A stretch of DNA of 64,000 nt from a virus (lineage: Duplodnaviria; Caudoviricetes). The notes beneath the pieces are model-generated. The model ran no database searches. It had not been told where the DNA came from and worked only from the letters and a program-made list of their open reading frames with translations. The stretch spans positions 15,157 to 79,156 of the IMG/VR virus record IMGVR_UViG_3300033067_000859; one strand, given 5' to 3'. Both the position numbers and the translations under genes were made by a program. This document shows, piece by piece, positions 44,657 to 54,829 of the stretch. Within the stretch, counting starts at the first letter, position 1. Each line of letters opens with the position of its first letter.

Positions 44657-46983
44657 CTGATTTAAGTCCGGACGCACAAAAAGCCCTTGATGCATTGACT
44701 AAGCTTTATCCTGAGATGGAAGGACTCCTCAAGTCTGCTAAATCTTTAGGCAAAGAGTGGTCACGTCAATTTGACTGGTCAGCTGCTAATTGGCCCAAAG
44801 AAAAAGCTGCTCTAGAGCAGCACATTAAGCAAATCAAGTTAGTTAGTGGGCCCGACGGACTGACTAAGTTTACTAATGCATTGAAAGGCAACTCGGCTCA
44901 TCTTGATCAATATAGACAGCAGCTCGAGTCACTAGATCAAGCGCTTGAGGAGTTAAATGATACTACCGATCAAGCAACTGCTGGTAGTAGAAAACAACAA
45001 TTAGAACAGTTGCGCGAACAAATGGCGATGAAAATCGCTGGTGCGCAATTTAGAGCAGACATGCTCAAGTCTGGTAGTGTTTTGGCTTCCAGTTTAACCA
45101 ACACAGTAACGCAGTCAGTTGGGCAGTTTACTAAAGGCTTACAGAATGGGGCCAGTGCAACCGATTTAAGCAGTACCGTAATGAACGGTGCTGTTGATGC
45201 AGCGGCTGCAGGGACTGATGCCTTAGGTAAAACAGTATCTGGCACTGGATCAATTTTACAAAATTCTGCTAATCCTAAGTTAAGGGTATTGGGAACAGTT
45301 GCTGGTGTTGCCGGCGACATGATTGGCAGCATGGGGCAAGCTGCTAGTAAATTGGCCAAATTTGGTATTGAGGTTTTAAGTAAAGAAGTTGAACGTACAG
45401 TCAAGGCATTTAACGAAACTAGCGCAGCAGGTGCCTTATTCACTGATGGTATGACTGGTATGCGTAACGCATCTGCGGCAGCAGGCTTGACTACTGATCA
45501 GTTTGCTAGTGTTGTTAAGAACAATGCTGACTCGTTGGCCGCTAGTGGTTTGGGTGTAACTTCTGGAGCCAAAGCTATTGGTAACGCAATGAAAATTGGC
45601 GGAGAAACTGCAAAGCGCCAAATGCTAAATTTAGGCTATAGTTTTGAGGAACAAGCCGGACTCTATGCAGAGACTGCGGCAGCTATGCGTAGAACAGCTG
45701 GCGGAAAATCGAGTGATGCTGCGATTGCAGAACAAACACAAAAATATGCAGAAAATTTGCGTCTAATTTCTGCAATCACTGGCGAAGACGCCAAAAAGAA
45801 AACTGAAGAAGCAAGGCAGCAAAATCAAGTATTAGCATTTCAGCAGCAACTTGCTGGCAAATCGGCCGAACAGCGAGCGCAAATTGATGCAGCAATGGCT
45901 ACAATGACCGAGCAGGAGAAAAAGAACTTCCGCGAACGTGTAGTTTTGGGCGCAGTTATTAACAAAGAAGGTGCAATTTACGAAGCTACAGTTGCAGGGG
46001 CACGTGAAAAAAGTGAAGCTGCATTAGCTGCATTTAACAATAATGCACTAACAGCCGAAGCAAATGCTAAACTAAACGCACAATATGGCGAGCAAATTAA
46101 GTCCAGTATCATGAACAATAAGGACTTGGCCGTTGCAGGTATGGTAGCAGGCGGATCTCTTGGAGAAGTAACTAAGTCTCAGCTAGATGCAGTTAATCAG
46201 GCCAACATTCAAACTAAAGAGGCAGTTGAAGAAGCTAAGAAAAACGTACAGGGACAGAAAGATGCAACTGATGCACTAACACAGGGCGTAACCGACGCCG
46301 CAATTGCTGCACAAGACTTTAAAGTTGGACTTCAGGAAGTATTGTTGCCAGCAGTTACCGATTTTGCTAGAGTAAGTGGTGATATGCTAAAGTCTATGCA
46401 GGAAATGGTAGCTGGCGCAATGGGCACTAAGAGCGAATCATTCTGGGATAAGACTAAACGCATCGGCAGTGCAGCTCTAGAAGGTGGTATGACTGGTGCT
46501 CAAGTCGGTGGCACAGTCGGGGCAGTGGGCGGATCGGTAGTTCCCGGTATCGGTAACTTAGGCGGTGCAGCATCTGGAGCAGTTATTGGCGGAGTATTGG
46601 GTGGCCTCACTGGTGCTATTAAGGAAGCATTTTGGGGCGAGCCCGGTAAGGCTCTAGGCGGAATTTCCGAAGGACCGACGTCGGGATATATGGAAAAGCT
46701 GCATGGTACTGAGGCTGTAGTACCCTTGGGTGCTGGTAGATCTATACCAGTTGACATAAGCGGCATGGGCACTGCATTGAAAGATATGGCAATGCAGTCA
46801 ACATCAGCCGGCGGCGCAGCAACGGCAATTCCTGGGATGCTGGGTAGCACGACCAGGGATTCGTTGAGCATTTCTAGTGATTCGTTAGCACAGGAACAAT
46901 TGTCATTGCTGAGAGAAATTAAAGAAGTTCTATCTGGCAGCAAAGACTTGCAGCAACAATATGTCTACAACACCTATAATTAA
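44653..46983 (+). CDS. tail tape measure protein
   Basis: Ala/Gln-rich helical protein with a Gly-zipper segment and C-terminal GGISEGPTSGY..LHGTEAVVPL. Confidence 0.75.
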   Translation: MADLSPDAQKALDALTKLYPEMEGLLKSAKSLGKEWSRQFDWSAANWPKEKAALEQHIKQIKLVSGPDGLTKFTNALKGNSAHLDQYRQQLESLDQALEELNDTTDQATAGSRKQQLEQLREQMAMKIAGAQFRADMLKSGSVLASSLTNTVTQSVGQFTKGLQNGASATDLSSTVMNGAVDAAAAGTDALGKTVSGTGSILQNSANPKLRVLGTVAGVAGDMIGSMGQAASKLAKFGIEVLSKEVERTVKAFNETSAAGALFTDGMTGMRNASAAAGLTTDQFASVVKNNADSLAASGLGVTSGAKAIGNAMKIGGETAKRQMLNLGYSFEEQAGLYAETAAAMRRTAGGKSSDAAIAEQTQKYAENLRLISAITGEDAKKKTEEARQQNQVLAFQQQLAGKSAEQRAQIDAAMATMTEQEKKNFRERVVLGAVINKEGAIYEATVAGAREKSEAALAAFNNNALTAEANAKLNAQYGEQIKSSIMNNKDLAVAGMVAGGSLGEVTKSQLDAVNQANIQTKEAVEEAKKNVQGQKDATDALTQGVTDAAIAAQDFKVGLQEVLLPAVTDFARVSGDMLKSMQEMVAGAMGTKSESFWDKTKRIGSAALEGGMTGAQVGGTVGAVGGSVVPGIGNLGGAASGAVIGGVLGGLTGAIKEAFWGEPGKALGGISEGPTSGYMEKLHGTEAVVPLGAGRSIPVDISGMGTALKDMAMQSTSAGGAATAIPGMLGSTTRDSLSISSDSLAQEQLSLLREIKEVLSGSKDLQQQYVYNTYN

Positions 46984-46984
46984 G

Positions 46985-46991
46985 TTAAATA
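46985..46991 (+). promoter_or_regulatory. late promoter TTAAATA for the portal gene
   Basis: Intergenic motif 22 nt before ATG 47014. Confidence 0.65.
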
Positions 46992-47013
46992 TGAATACTG
47001 TGAGTAATAAACA

Positions 47014-48732
47014 ATGAGCTGGAAAAAATATTTTAGAACCTCGAATCCGCAAGGAACTGTAAGTCCAATTGGTAGCAATCCTAGTGGAAACGGCGGCCAA
47101 GCGGCTTACAGGAATTATCAGAGCAATTTGCCCGAAATTTATATCGGCCATCCTAATCGTACTGAGCGATATAACCAGTACGAGCAAATGGACATGGATA
47201 GCGAAGTTAACGCCGCGCTGGATATTTTGGCAGAATTTAGTACTCAGCCCAGTGTTGAAACTAACTTGCCGTTTGACATCAATTTCAAAGACAAGCCAAC
47301 TGACAGTGAAGTAAAAATCATCAAAGAACAACTGCAACAATGGGTGTCTTTAAACGAATTTAACAAGCGCATCTTTAAAATTATGCGCAATACACTCAAA
47401 TACGGTGACCAAGTATTTGTTCGTGACCCAGAAACATTCAAGTTGATGTGGGTTGAGATGTCAAAAGTAGTCAAAGTTATTGTCAACGAGGCTGAAGGGA
47501 AAAAGCCCGAGCAATATATTGTTAAGGACTTGCAGCCTAATTTTCAAAATCTAACGGTGACTGCGGTCACAACCAGCGATACGTATACTAATCACCCTCA
47601 AGTGGGCGGAGCAGGCGGCAGTTATGTACAGCCAAATACTCCATATTCTGGCGGTAATAGATTTAGCCATGCCCAAAACGAAAGCGTATTAAATGCAGAA
47701 CATATTGTTCATTTAAGTTTAACAGAGGGCCTGGACTTGTTCTGGCCTTTTGGTAATAGTGTACTAGAAAACGTCTTTAAAGTTTTTAAGCAAAAAGAAT
47801 TGCTTGAAGATGCGATTATTATCTATCGTGTACAACGTGCTCCAGAGCGTAGAGTGTTTAAGATTGACGTGGGCAACATGCCAAGTCATATGGCTATGGC
47901 CTTTGTGGAGCGTATTAAGAACGAGATTGCTCAGCGTAGAATCCCAACCCAAACCGGGGGCGGGCAAAACATGATGGATGCAACTTATAATCCGTTGAGC
48001 ACTAACGAAGATTTTTTCTTCCCCACTACCGCAGAGGGCCGCGGCTCTAGCGTAGACATTTTGCCCGGGGGATCAAATTTGGGCGAAATTACCGATTTGC
48101 GTTTCTTCACTAACAAACTATTCCGTGGCTTGCGTATTCCTAGTAGTTATTTGCCTACAGGCGTTGACGATGGCACACAAAGCGTAACTGACGGTAAAGT
48201 AGGCACTGCACTAATCCAAGAATGGCGTTTTAATCAGTACTGCATGCGTTTGCAGCGCATGGTAGTAGACAAGTTGGACCAAGAGTTCAAGATGTTTATG
48301 CGTTGGAGGGGTATCAATATTGACGGGCAGTTGTTTGATATTGTATTCAATGAACCGCAGAACTTTGCAAACTACAGGCAGGCAGAAGTTGATACTGCTC
48401 GTATTAATACGTTTACATCATTGGAGGGGTTCCCTTATTTTAGCAAGCGTTTCTTAATGAAACGCTACTTGGGCATGAGCGAACAAGAGATGAGTGAAAA
48501 CGAAACGATGTGGATGGAAGAAAAGGGCGAAACCAACGAAGTCCCTGCAGAAGATGTTGGCATGCGAAGTATTGGTATCACTCCAGGCGGGTTAGACACT
48601 GACTTAGCAGCCGCAACCCCTCCATTAGATGCAGGCGCAGATGTTGCTGGTGGAGCTGCCCCAGTACCCGGCGCAGGCGGTGCACCCGGTGCCCCGGCAG
48701 CAGCCGCAGCCCCGGCAGTTCCGGGCATATAA
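47014..48732 (+). CDS. gp20: portal vertex protein
   Basis: LEDAIIIYRVQRAPERRVFKIDVGNMP, EDFFFP and LPGGSNLGEITD. Confidence 0.95.
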   Translation: MSWKKYFRTSNPQGTVSPIGSNPSGNGGQAAYRNYQSNLPEIYIGHPNRTERYNQYEQMDMDSEVNAALDILAEFSTQPSVETNLPFDINFKDKPTDSEVKIIKEQLQQWVSLNEFNKRIFKIMRNTLKYGDQVFVRDPETFKLMWVEMSKVVKVIVNEAEGKKPEQYIVKDLQPNFQNLTVTAVTTSDTYTNHPQVGGAGGSYVQPNTPYSGGNRFSHAQNESVLNAEHIVHLSLTEGLDLFWPFGNSVLENVFKVFKQKELLEDAIIIYRVQRAPERRVFKIDVGNMPSHMAMAFVERIKNEIAQRRIPTQTGGGQNMMDATYNPLSTNEDFFFPTTAEGRGSSVDILPGGSNLGEITDLRFFTNKLFRGLRIPSSYLPTGVDDGTQSVTDGKVGTALIQEWRFNQYCMRLQRMVVDKLDQEFKMFMRWRGINIDGQLFDIVFNEPQNFANYRQAEVDTARINTFTSLEGFPYFSKRFLMKRYLGMSEQEMSENETMWMEEKGETNEVPAEDVGMRSIGITPGGLDTDLAAATPPLDAGADVAGGAAPVPGAGGAPGAPAAAAAPAVPGI

Positions 48733-48752
48733 ATATAGTTTTGGGTTAAATA
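48728..48752 (+). promoter_or_regulatory. tandem late promoters TATAAATA (48728-48735) and TTAAATA (48746-48752)
   Basis: The first is the exact T4 consensus and overlaps the portal stop; the second lies 6 nt before ATG 48759. Confidence 0.7.
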
Positions 48753-48758
48753 ACTTAT

Positions 48759-48986
48759 ATGTTTATATGTGAACTTTTTGAGCCTACACCAGACGGCTAC
48801 AGCACTGAGAAGGATGACAACTCGGTGCAAAAATTGTCTGATGTGCGTAAGACACGTTTGAGTCTAGCTCAAATCAATCGTCTCCGAATGATGAACGATG
48901 TTCGTAAATTTGAGCACGAAAAGAAACTAACAACAATATCTAAGCAGTATAAACCTGCAGAAGATGTTGGAGCACCAGCATTATAA
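48759..48986 (+). CDS. small hypothetical head-module protein
   Basis: 75-aa ORF between portal and core genes. Confidence 0.7.
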   Translation: MFICELFEPTPDGYSTEKDDNSVQKLSDVRKTRLSLAQINRLRMMNDVRKFEHEKKLTTISKQYKPAEDVGAPAL

Positions 48987-49004
48987 CCCCAAATTCCTTC
49001 AAAA

Positions 49005-49044
49005 ACACCTATATAACTAGTATATTTCTGTATAGGTGTAAATA
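49005..49044 (+). promoter_or_regulatory. 9-bp inverted repeat abutting late promoter GTAAATA (49038-49044)
   Basis: ACACCTATA (49005-49013) pairs with TATAGGTGT (49031-49039). Confidence 0.55.
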
Positions 49045-49077
49045 TCTAACAAGCTTTAATCATTATAAGGAGTTCTC

Positions 49078-49980
49078 ATGAACAAGTATGAACAGCTAAT
49101 TGAATATATTATCAATGAGCAAGAAGACAAAGCTCGCGAACTGTTCCACCAAATCGTTGTGGAAAAGAGCCGAGACATTTACGAAAATCTCATTGACGAA
49201 GAAGACTTTGACGAGTCCGTTGGTGGCAACCAAGTTGACAGATTGGCTGGAGATATCCAAGCCGATGAGCAAGGTATGCAAGAAGCCGAAGACGAATTTG
49301 GCGACGATGACATGGGCGGCGATGACGACATGGGCGGCGATGACGACATGGGCGGCGATGACTTTGGTGGTGACGACATGGGCGGCGATGACGACATGGG
49401 CGGCGAAGGCACCCCAGAAGAGCGCATTTCTGATCTAGAAACAGCACTAGACGACCTTAAGGCAGAATTTGATGCCCTAATGGCCGGCGAAGAAAATGAG
49501 CCTGAGCACGCTGATATGTTTGGCGGTGACGAAGGTGGCATGGACGACGGAGAAGTTGATTTTGACATGGAAGAGCCAGCTGAAGAAGGTTTCATGCGTG
49601 AATACGTAGAAACTGTTGCTAAGCCTTCTATGAACACCGAAGGTGGCGCAATTGGCGCTAAGGGCGATGGTGCAAATGTTAACAAACAAAGCATCGTAGC
49701 AAAGCCAAATCGTATGGGCGGAAGTTCTAGCAACATCGTAAAGGGTGGTACAGAACAAGCTGCTGACGGCAAGCCAACACCAACACCAAGCAACGAATAC
49801 ACTAAAAAGCGCGGCGAGCTAAAGGGTGCAGGTTCTTTCGAGAACGTCCCTGGGGCTAAGACCAAAGGTTACACAACCAAAGCTACAAGCTACGAAAAGG
49901 CCAAGGGTAAAGAAGGCGAAACTACTGATGGTAAGTTGCCAGTGAACCCAAAGAGTCTTTCTGGTGGTAAAGTACGTTAA
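49078..49980 (+). CDS. acidic prohead core / scaffold-associated protein
   Basis: SD TAAGGAG; very acidic N-half and basic C-half; lies between portal and protease. Confidence 0.7.
   Translation: MNKYEQLIEYIINEQEDKARELFHQIVVEKSRDIYENLIDEEDFDESVGGNQVDRLAGDIQADEQGMQEAEDEFGDDDMGGDDDMGGDDDMGGDDFGGDDMGGDDDMGGEGTPEERISDLETALDDLKAEFDALMAGEENEPEHADMFGGDEGGMDDGEVDFDMEEPAEEGFMREYVETVAKPSMNTEGGAIGAKGDGANVNKQSIVAKPNRMGGSSSNIVKGGTEQAADGKPTPTPSNEYTKKRGELKGAGSFENVPGAKTKGYTTKATSYEKAKGKEGETTDGKLPVNPKSLSGGKVR
49303..49404 (+). repeat. coding tandem repeat GATGACGACATGGGCGGC (18/15-nt units, DDDMGG)
   Basis: Six units, three of them exact copies of the 18-mer. Confidence 0.9.
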
Positions 49981-49997
49981 TTAACAAGTAGACAGCA

Positions 49998-50636
49998 ATG
50001 GCCTCTTACTTAAAAGAAAATCTTACATTTGACAATGCCAAAATGGAGATCATCCTCGAGGATGACTCCTCTGGCAAAGGTAAGAATCTTTTCATGAAGG
50101 GTGTTTTTATCGAAGGCGGCGTAAGAAACGGCAACGATAGAATTTACCCAGTTGGAGAGATTGAAAAGGCTGTGTCTGCTATTAATGAACAAATTAAGAC
50201 TGGTAACAGTGTTTTGGGTGAAGTAGATCACCCAGATGATTTGAAAATTAACTTGGACAGAGTTAGCCACATGATCACTCAAATGTGGATGGACGGTCCT
50301 GCCGGGCACGGCAAGCTAAAGATTCTACCAACTCCAATGGGACAACTAGTTAAGACTATGTTGGAAAGTGGAGTGAAACTAGGAGTGTCCAGCAGAGGTA
50401 GCGGAAACGTTAACGAAGCAAATGGACATGTTAGTGACTTTGAAATAGTCACCGTAGATGTTGTTGCACAACCCAGTGCGCCTCATGCGTATCCTACCCC
50501 AATTTATGAGGGTTTGATGAATATGAAGCATGGTCACAGGGCTCTAGAAATGGCCAAAGAGGCCCAAGAAAATCAAAGAGTGCAGAAGTATCTAAAAGAG
50601 CAGGTAACTCGCTTGATTAGAGACTTAAAATTATAG
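49998..50636 (+). CDS. gp21: prohead maturation protease
   Basis: NGNDRIYP, GEVDHP, VSHMI, GVSSRGSG and VDVVAQPSAP. Confidence 0.93.
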   Translation: MASYLKENLTFDNAKMEIILEDDSSGKGKNLFMKGVFIEGGVRNGNDRIYPVGEIEKAVSAINEQIKTGNSVLGEVDHPDDLKINLDRVSHMITQMWMDGPAGHGKLKILPTPMGQLVKTMLESGVKLGVSSRGSGNVNEANGHVSDFEIVTVDVVAQPSAPHAYPTPIYEGLMNMKHGHRALEMAKEAQENQRVQKYLKEQVTRLIRDLKL

Positions 50637-50646
50637 GAGAACCACA

Positions 50647-51735
50647 ATGTTTGATGCTATCAAGCCATTATTGGATAGCGGCATTATTAACGAGGAAACT
50701 CGCAGTGCCATTAACGAAGCATGGGAAACCAAGCTTGTTGAGGCACGAGAGCAAGTTCGCGCTGAATTGCGTGAAGAATTTGCTAGCCGTTATTCACACG
50801 ACAAGAAAGTAATGGTAGAAGCTTTAGACAAGATGGTAACTGAAAGTCTTACTGCCGAACTCGCTGAGTTTGCAGGTGAGAAAAAAGCCGTTGTTGAAGA
50901 TCGTGTGAAGTTTCGTACTCACATGATGGAAAGCGCAGGCCGTTTCAATGAATTTCTAACTAAGAAATTGGCAGAAGAAATCCAAGAGCTACGCAAAGAT
51001 CGCAAAATGCAAGTCGAAAACGTTCAACGTTTAGAGCAATTTGTTATCAAAGCGTTGAGCGAGGAAATCAAAGAATTCAGCCAAGACAAACAAGCTGTAG
51101 TGGAAACTAAAGTTCGTTTGGTTGCAAGTGCAAAACAAAAAATCGCTGAACTTCAGCGCAAATTTGTTAGCCGCAGTGCAGCTCTTGTACAAGAAACAGT
51201 TACATCTAATCTAAAGTCGGAACTAACACAGCTAAAAGAAGACGTACAACTTGCTCGCGAGAACATGTTTGGTCGTCGAATCTTTGAAGCTTTTGCTAGC
51301 GAGTTCGGTGTTACTCATTTAAATGAGAACAAAGAAATCCGCAAGCTACAACACAAGATTTCTGAGCAAACTCGTATTATCGAGACTGCTAAGAAAATTG
51401 TCAACGAAAAAGACCAAATTGTTGAGTCTAAAAATCGTGAATTAAAAGTTATCAAGGAATCAGCAGAACGCAAAGAAAAACTAAGCGAAATGTTGAAGTC
51501 ATTGAATCGTGAGAAAGCTACTGTTATGCATGAGCTTCTCGAGAACGTCCAAACTGACAAGCTACAGTCGGCGTTTGAAAAGTATCTACCAGCAGTTTTA
51601 AATAACTCGGTTGTTAAGAAGTCTGAAAAGGCAGTTCTTAGCGAATCGCGTGTTGAAATTACAGGAGATAAGTCTGCTAAATCTACAGCCAAAGACACTA
51701 ATGTCATTGAATTGAAGCGTTTAGCGGGGCTATAA
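50647..51735 (+). CDS. gp22: prohead core scaffold protein
   Basis: Long coiled coil between protease and MCP; SD TAGGAG. Confidence 0.85.
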   Translation: MFDAIKPLLDSGIINEETRSAINEAWETKLVEAREQVRAELREEFASRYSHDKKVMVEALDKMVTESLTAELAEFAGEKKAVVEDRVKFRTHMMESAGRFNEFLTKKLAEEIQELRKDRKMQVENVQRLEQFVIKALSEEIKEFSQDKQAVVETKVRLVASAKQKIAELQRKFVSRSAALVQETVTSNLKSELTQLKEDVQLARENMFGRRIFEAFASEFGVTHLNENKEIRKLQHKISEQTRIIETAKKIVNEKDQIVESKNRELKVIKESAERKEKLSEMLKSLNREKATVMHELLENVQTDKLQSAFEKYLPAVLNNSVVKKSEKAVLSESRVEITGDKSAKSTAKDTNVIELKRLAGL

Positions 51736-51738
51736 ATA
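51731..51738 (+). promoter_or_regulatory. late promoter TATAAATA for the major capsid gene
   Basis: Exact T4 consensus overlapping the gp22 stop codon. Confidence 0.75.
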
Positions 51739-51768
51739 AAAATAGTTTAACCTTAAGGAAAAAAGAAA

Positions 51769-52947
51769 ATGTCACAAGAACTATTAGAAAGCCGTTGGGG
51801 CGAAACTAAAGATGCCCTGTTAGAAGGTCTACAAGGTTCGCGCCGTACTTCGATGGCTGTAGTATTGGAAAATACTCGCAAGCACCTAGCTGAAAATGCT
51901 ACTTTGGGTGCAACTCAAGCTGCTAACGTGGCGACTCTTAACCGTGTAATTTTGCCGGTTATCCGTCGTGTTATGCCTACAGTTATTGCTAACGAAATCA
52001 TTGGTGTTCAGCCAATGACCGGACCTGTTGCACAGATCCACACATTGCGTGTTCGTTATGCTGAAAGCATGAACGATGGTTCTGGCTACGCTACTAGCAC
52101 TACTGCTGGTGACGAAGCATTGAGCCCATTCAAGATTGCTGTTGCTTACTCCGGTGACGCTGCTACTGGCCGTGCTGCTGGTACCGCTGCACTTGAAGGC
52201 GTTCCAGGACGTAAAATTAACGTTCAGATCGTTAAGCAAGTTGTTGAAGCTAAGACACGTAAAATGTCCGCACGTTGGACATTTGAAGCTGCCCAAGACG
52301 CACAAGCCATGCACGGTTTGGACGTTGAAGCAGAAATCATGGCTGCTTTGGCACAAGAAATCACAGTTGAAATCGACCAAGAGATCCTAGGTTCCCTACG
52401 TGCTCTTGCTGCTCAAGAATTCACATACGACCAAGCTGCCGTATCCGGTACTGCTACATTCGTTGGTGACGAGCATGCTGCTTTGGCAGTGTTGATCAAC
52501 CGTAGCGCAAACTTGATCGCTCAGCGTACACGTCGTGGCGCTGCTAACTGGGCAATCGTTTCTCCAGCTGCATTGACTGTACTACAGTCTGCAACTACAA
52601 GCGCATTTGCTCGTACCACAGAAGGTACATTCGAAGCTCCTACAAACACCAAGTTTGTTGGTACTTTGAACGGTGCAATGCGTATCTATGTTGACAGCTA
52701 TGCTAGCGACTCCACTCCAGTATTGGTCGGTTACAAAGGAACTTCTGAGGCTGATGCCGCAGCGTTCTACTGCCCATACATTCCGTTGATGAGCTCTGGC
52801 GTTGTTCTAGATCCAGCTACTTTCGAACCAGTAGTTGGCTTTATGACACGTTATGGTTACATTGAGTTGACTAACACAGCTTCTTCTCTAGGTAACGCAG
52901 GTGACTACGTTTCTGAGATCGCTGTTCAGAACCTAAGCTTCCAGTAA
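51769..52947 (+). CDS. gp23: major capsid protein
   Basis: VRRVMP-like IRRVMPTVIANEIIGVQPMTGP, RKMSARWTFEAAQD, YCPYIPL and GFMTRYG. Confidence 0.96.
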   Translation: MSQELLESRWGETKDALLEGLQGSRRTSMAVVLENTRKHLAENATLGATQAANVATLNRVILPVIRRVMPTVIANEIIGVQPMTGPVAQIHTLRVRYAESMNDGSGYATSTTAGDEALSPFKIAVAYSGDAATGRAAGTAALEGVPGRKINVQIVKQVVEAKTRKMSARWTFEAAQDAQAMHGLDVEAEIMAALAQEITVEIDQEILGSLRALAAQEFTYDQAAVSGTATFVGDEHAALAVLINRSANLIAQRTRRGAANWAIVSPAALTVLQSATTSAFARTTEGTFEAPTNTKFVGTLNGAMRIYVDSYASDSTPVLVGYKGTSEADAAAFYCPYIPLMSSGVVLDPATFEPVVGFMTRYGYIELTNTASSLGNAGDYVSEIAVQNLSFQ

Positions 52948-52955
52948 ATCGGAAG

Positions 52956-52993
52956 TCCTTCGGGAAGGAAAAGGGCTTTAGGGCCCTTTTTCC
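52956..52993 (+). terminator. UUCG hairpin plus intrinsic terminator after the MCP gene
   Basis: TCC-TTCG-GGA, then AAAAGGGC..GCCCTTTTT. Confidence 0.75.
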
Positions 52994-53036
52994 ACGATCA
53001 AAACTAATGCTGATAAGTATATTACAAGGACGTATT

Positions 53037-53696
53037 ATGATAATTTCGAATAGATTAGAACAATGGGATACAATGTATCCATCTGGCGGATATATGGTAG
53101 ATAGGGGCGAATTTTCGTTGCCCGATTTTTGCAAACATTGTTCCATATACGGTTACAGTTATGGTGATAGCTGCATTACTGTTGATGGTAAAAATCATTA
53201 CTTAGAGGGCGGGCAATACTTTGGACTTACAGTTGATCAGACTATGTCTGCTACTGTTGCAGAAAAAATGTTTTTGATTGTACGCCTAGGTTATCGCGTA
53301 CCTAATACTATCGGGTGGGTTGAGTCAAAGGGTAGACTTACGTACATTGATGGATGTAGTGACAGTTTACTAGTTTTTCCGGCTAGATTAGGCGACAGTA
53401 GTTTGAATTTATTATACTTTCCTGAAGGAATTGACCAATCCTTTCATACGCATCCTAGTTTAAGATTGGGCTGTGTTATTGCCGGATCTGGATTTAGTCA
53501 ACATGGCAATAAGGGCAGCGAGCGGGAAGATCTGCTGACTGTTGGGACAAGTTTTTGTTTACAAGAACAAGAGCGTCACAGGTTCAGAACTGAAGGAAGT
53601 AGCATGACTGTTATTGCATTTCATCCAGATGGTGACTGGGGCCCAACTGATCATAATCACACTATGCTGAATAGGACATACTTGTCAGACAAATAA
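53037..53696 (+). CDS. cupin-fold protein
   Basis: FHTHPS..GCVIAGSG and ERHRFRT..AFHPD metal-binding pattern; AAGGA SD before ATG 53037. Confidence 0.7.
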   Translation: MIISNRLEQWDTMYPSGGYMVDRGEFSLPDFCKHCSIYGYSYGDSCITVDGKNHYLEGGQYFGLTVDQTMSATVAEKMFLIVRLGYRVPNTIGWVESKGRLTYIDGCSDSLLVFPARLGDSSLNLLYFPEGIDQSFHTHPSLRLGCVIAGSGFSQHGNKGSEREDLLTVGTSFCLQEQERHRFRTEGSSMTVIAFHPDGDWGPTDHNHTMLNRTYLSDK

Positions 53697-53718
53697 AAAA
53701 CCGGCCTAGGCCGGTTTT
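53697..53718. terminator. bidirectional intrinsic terminator
   Basis: AAAACCGGCC-TA-GGCCGGTTTT between convergent genes. Confidence 0.8.
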
Positions 53719-53719
53719 G

Positions 53720-54829
53720 TTATATAAAGCTATTGTTGGGATTATACCATTGCAATGGTTTTATATTATAGTGAAATTTGTGATTAACGTCAATTACATC
53801 ACAAGCATGTTTGAATCTAGTTACATTACTCAAGCTGGGCTTTTTAATTTTGTGCAAATATTCAGGGGCATTAATAGTCTTAGCTACTAGCTCTCTGGCA
53901 TGAAATTTGTATGAAATATAGTTACCCTGATGTTTATGGGTGCGATCCTTTAAGCTCCATAACTGAAATTCTGTAGTATTGAAGAATTGCTGATAGTAAT
54001 TGGCTAGATAATTATTATCAATATCCTCTGGGCTTTGTGTATAAAACATCATCCTATAGTAGACACTTGTCCATTTACAACTAAAGTTTATCCACCACCA
54101 AAAGTCACCAATAGTATAAATTGGGCAACTAGTTTTAGACATTTGAGCTGTGAATAACTCAAACCACATATCCTGTTCTTCTTGAGATAGCAATTTATAT
54201 GCCAAGTACGATTTGACGTTGGCTTCAGTCCAGGGCCGATCTAGAATGCCATCTCCTCCCCATCTAACCAAGTCTCGATATAAATCAGTACCTAGCAACT
54301 GATCGTTCCCTTCCCCTGCAACTAGTATGTTATTGGAGTTATAGTATACCCCGTGTTTATCGCTATCTAATACAGTGAAATTTTTACGAATTACTTTATC
54401 CCACATCCAGGGGTTTTCCTGTATGCTTTCCTGATCCATTAGCAGTTCTATTCGTCGAGCTGACTCATCAACTCCAATTACATCAATGAAGCTGCTTAAT
54501 ATCAGACTGCTATCAATTCCGCCTGAATACATAATACGAATTGGCACGTTCAGGGTGTCTTGTAATGCAATCATGCTGGTTACCTTTTTATGGCAACAGT
54601 CTTGATAACTTAATGAAAAATCTGGGTCATACTCGGGCATGATTGAGTGATCGGGTACGTCGGTATCAACGGGTGTCTTGATTGATCCTGTTCGATCTAC
54701 AAATGACACTGCATAGTTAATAAACTTATAAAGTGATCTCCATCGGTCCCAGTCATTGCCCTTAACGAATTCGAAAACATTTGGATTGTATGCATAGCAT
54801 TTCATATTAGATATAACTGTCCTTGACAA
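53720..54829 (-). CDS. asparagine-synthetase-like ATP pyrophosphatase (PP-loop) without a glutaminase domain
   Basis: MYSGGIDSS PP-loop and VAGEGNDQLLG. Confidence 0.7.
   Translation of the reverse strand: MSRTVISNMKCYAYNPNVFEFVKGNDWDRWRSLYKFINYAVSFVDRTGSIKTPVDTDVPDHSIMPEYDPDFSLSYQDCCHKKVTSMIALQDTLNVPIRIMYSGGIDSSLILSSFIDVIGVDESARRIELLMDQESIQENPWMWDKVIRKNFTVLDSDKHGVYYNSNNILVAGEGNDQLLGTDLYRDLVRWGGDGILDRPWTEANVKSYLAYKLLSQEEQDMWFELFTAQMSKTSCPIYTIGDFWWWINFSCKWTSVYYRMMFYTQSPEDIDNNYLANYYQQFFNTTEFQLWSLKDRTHKHQGNYISYKFHARELVAKTINAPEYLHKIKKPSLSNVTRFKHACDVIDVNHKFHYNIKPLQWYNPNNSFI

Noticed and set aside
49303-49404. CRISPR-like repeats
   Set aside because: The units are contiguous with no spacers and are in frame within a protein.
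49100-49865. Alternative-frame ORFs (AAMTTW, HRRPCR and SSPPMS repeats)
   Set aside because: They are shadows of the stop-free tandem repeat in the real + strand gene.
53720-54829. Lasso-peptide gene cluster
   Set aside because: No precursor peptide, transglutaminase-like B peptidase or RRE gene is recognisable nearby.
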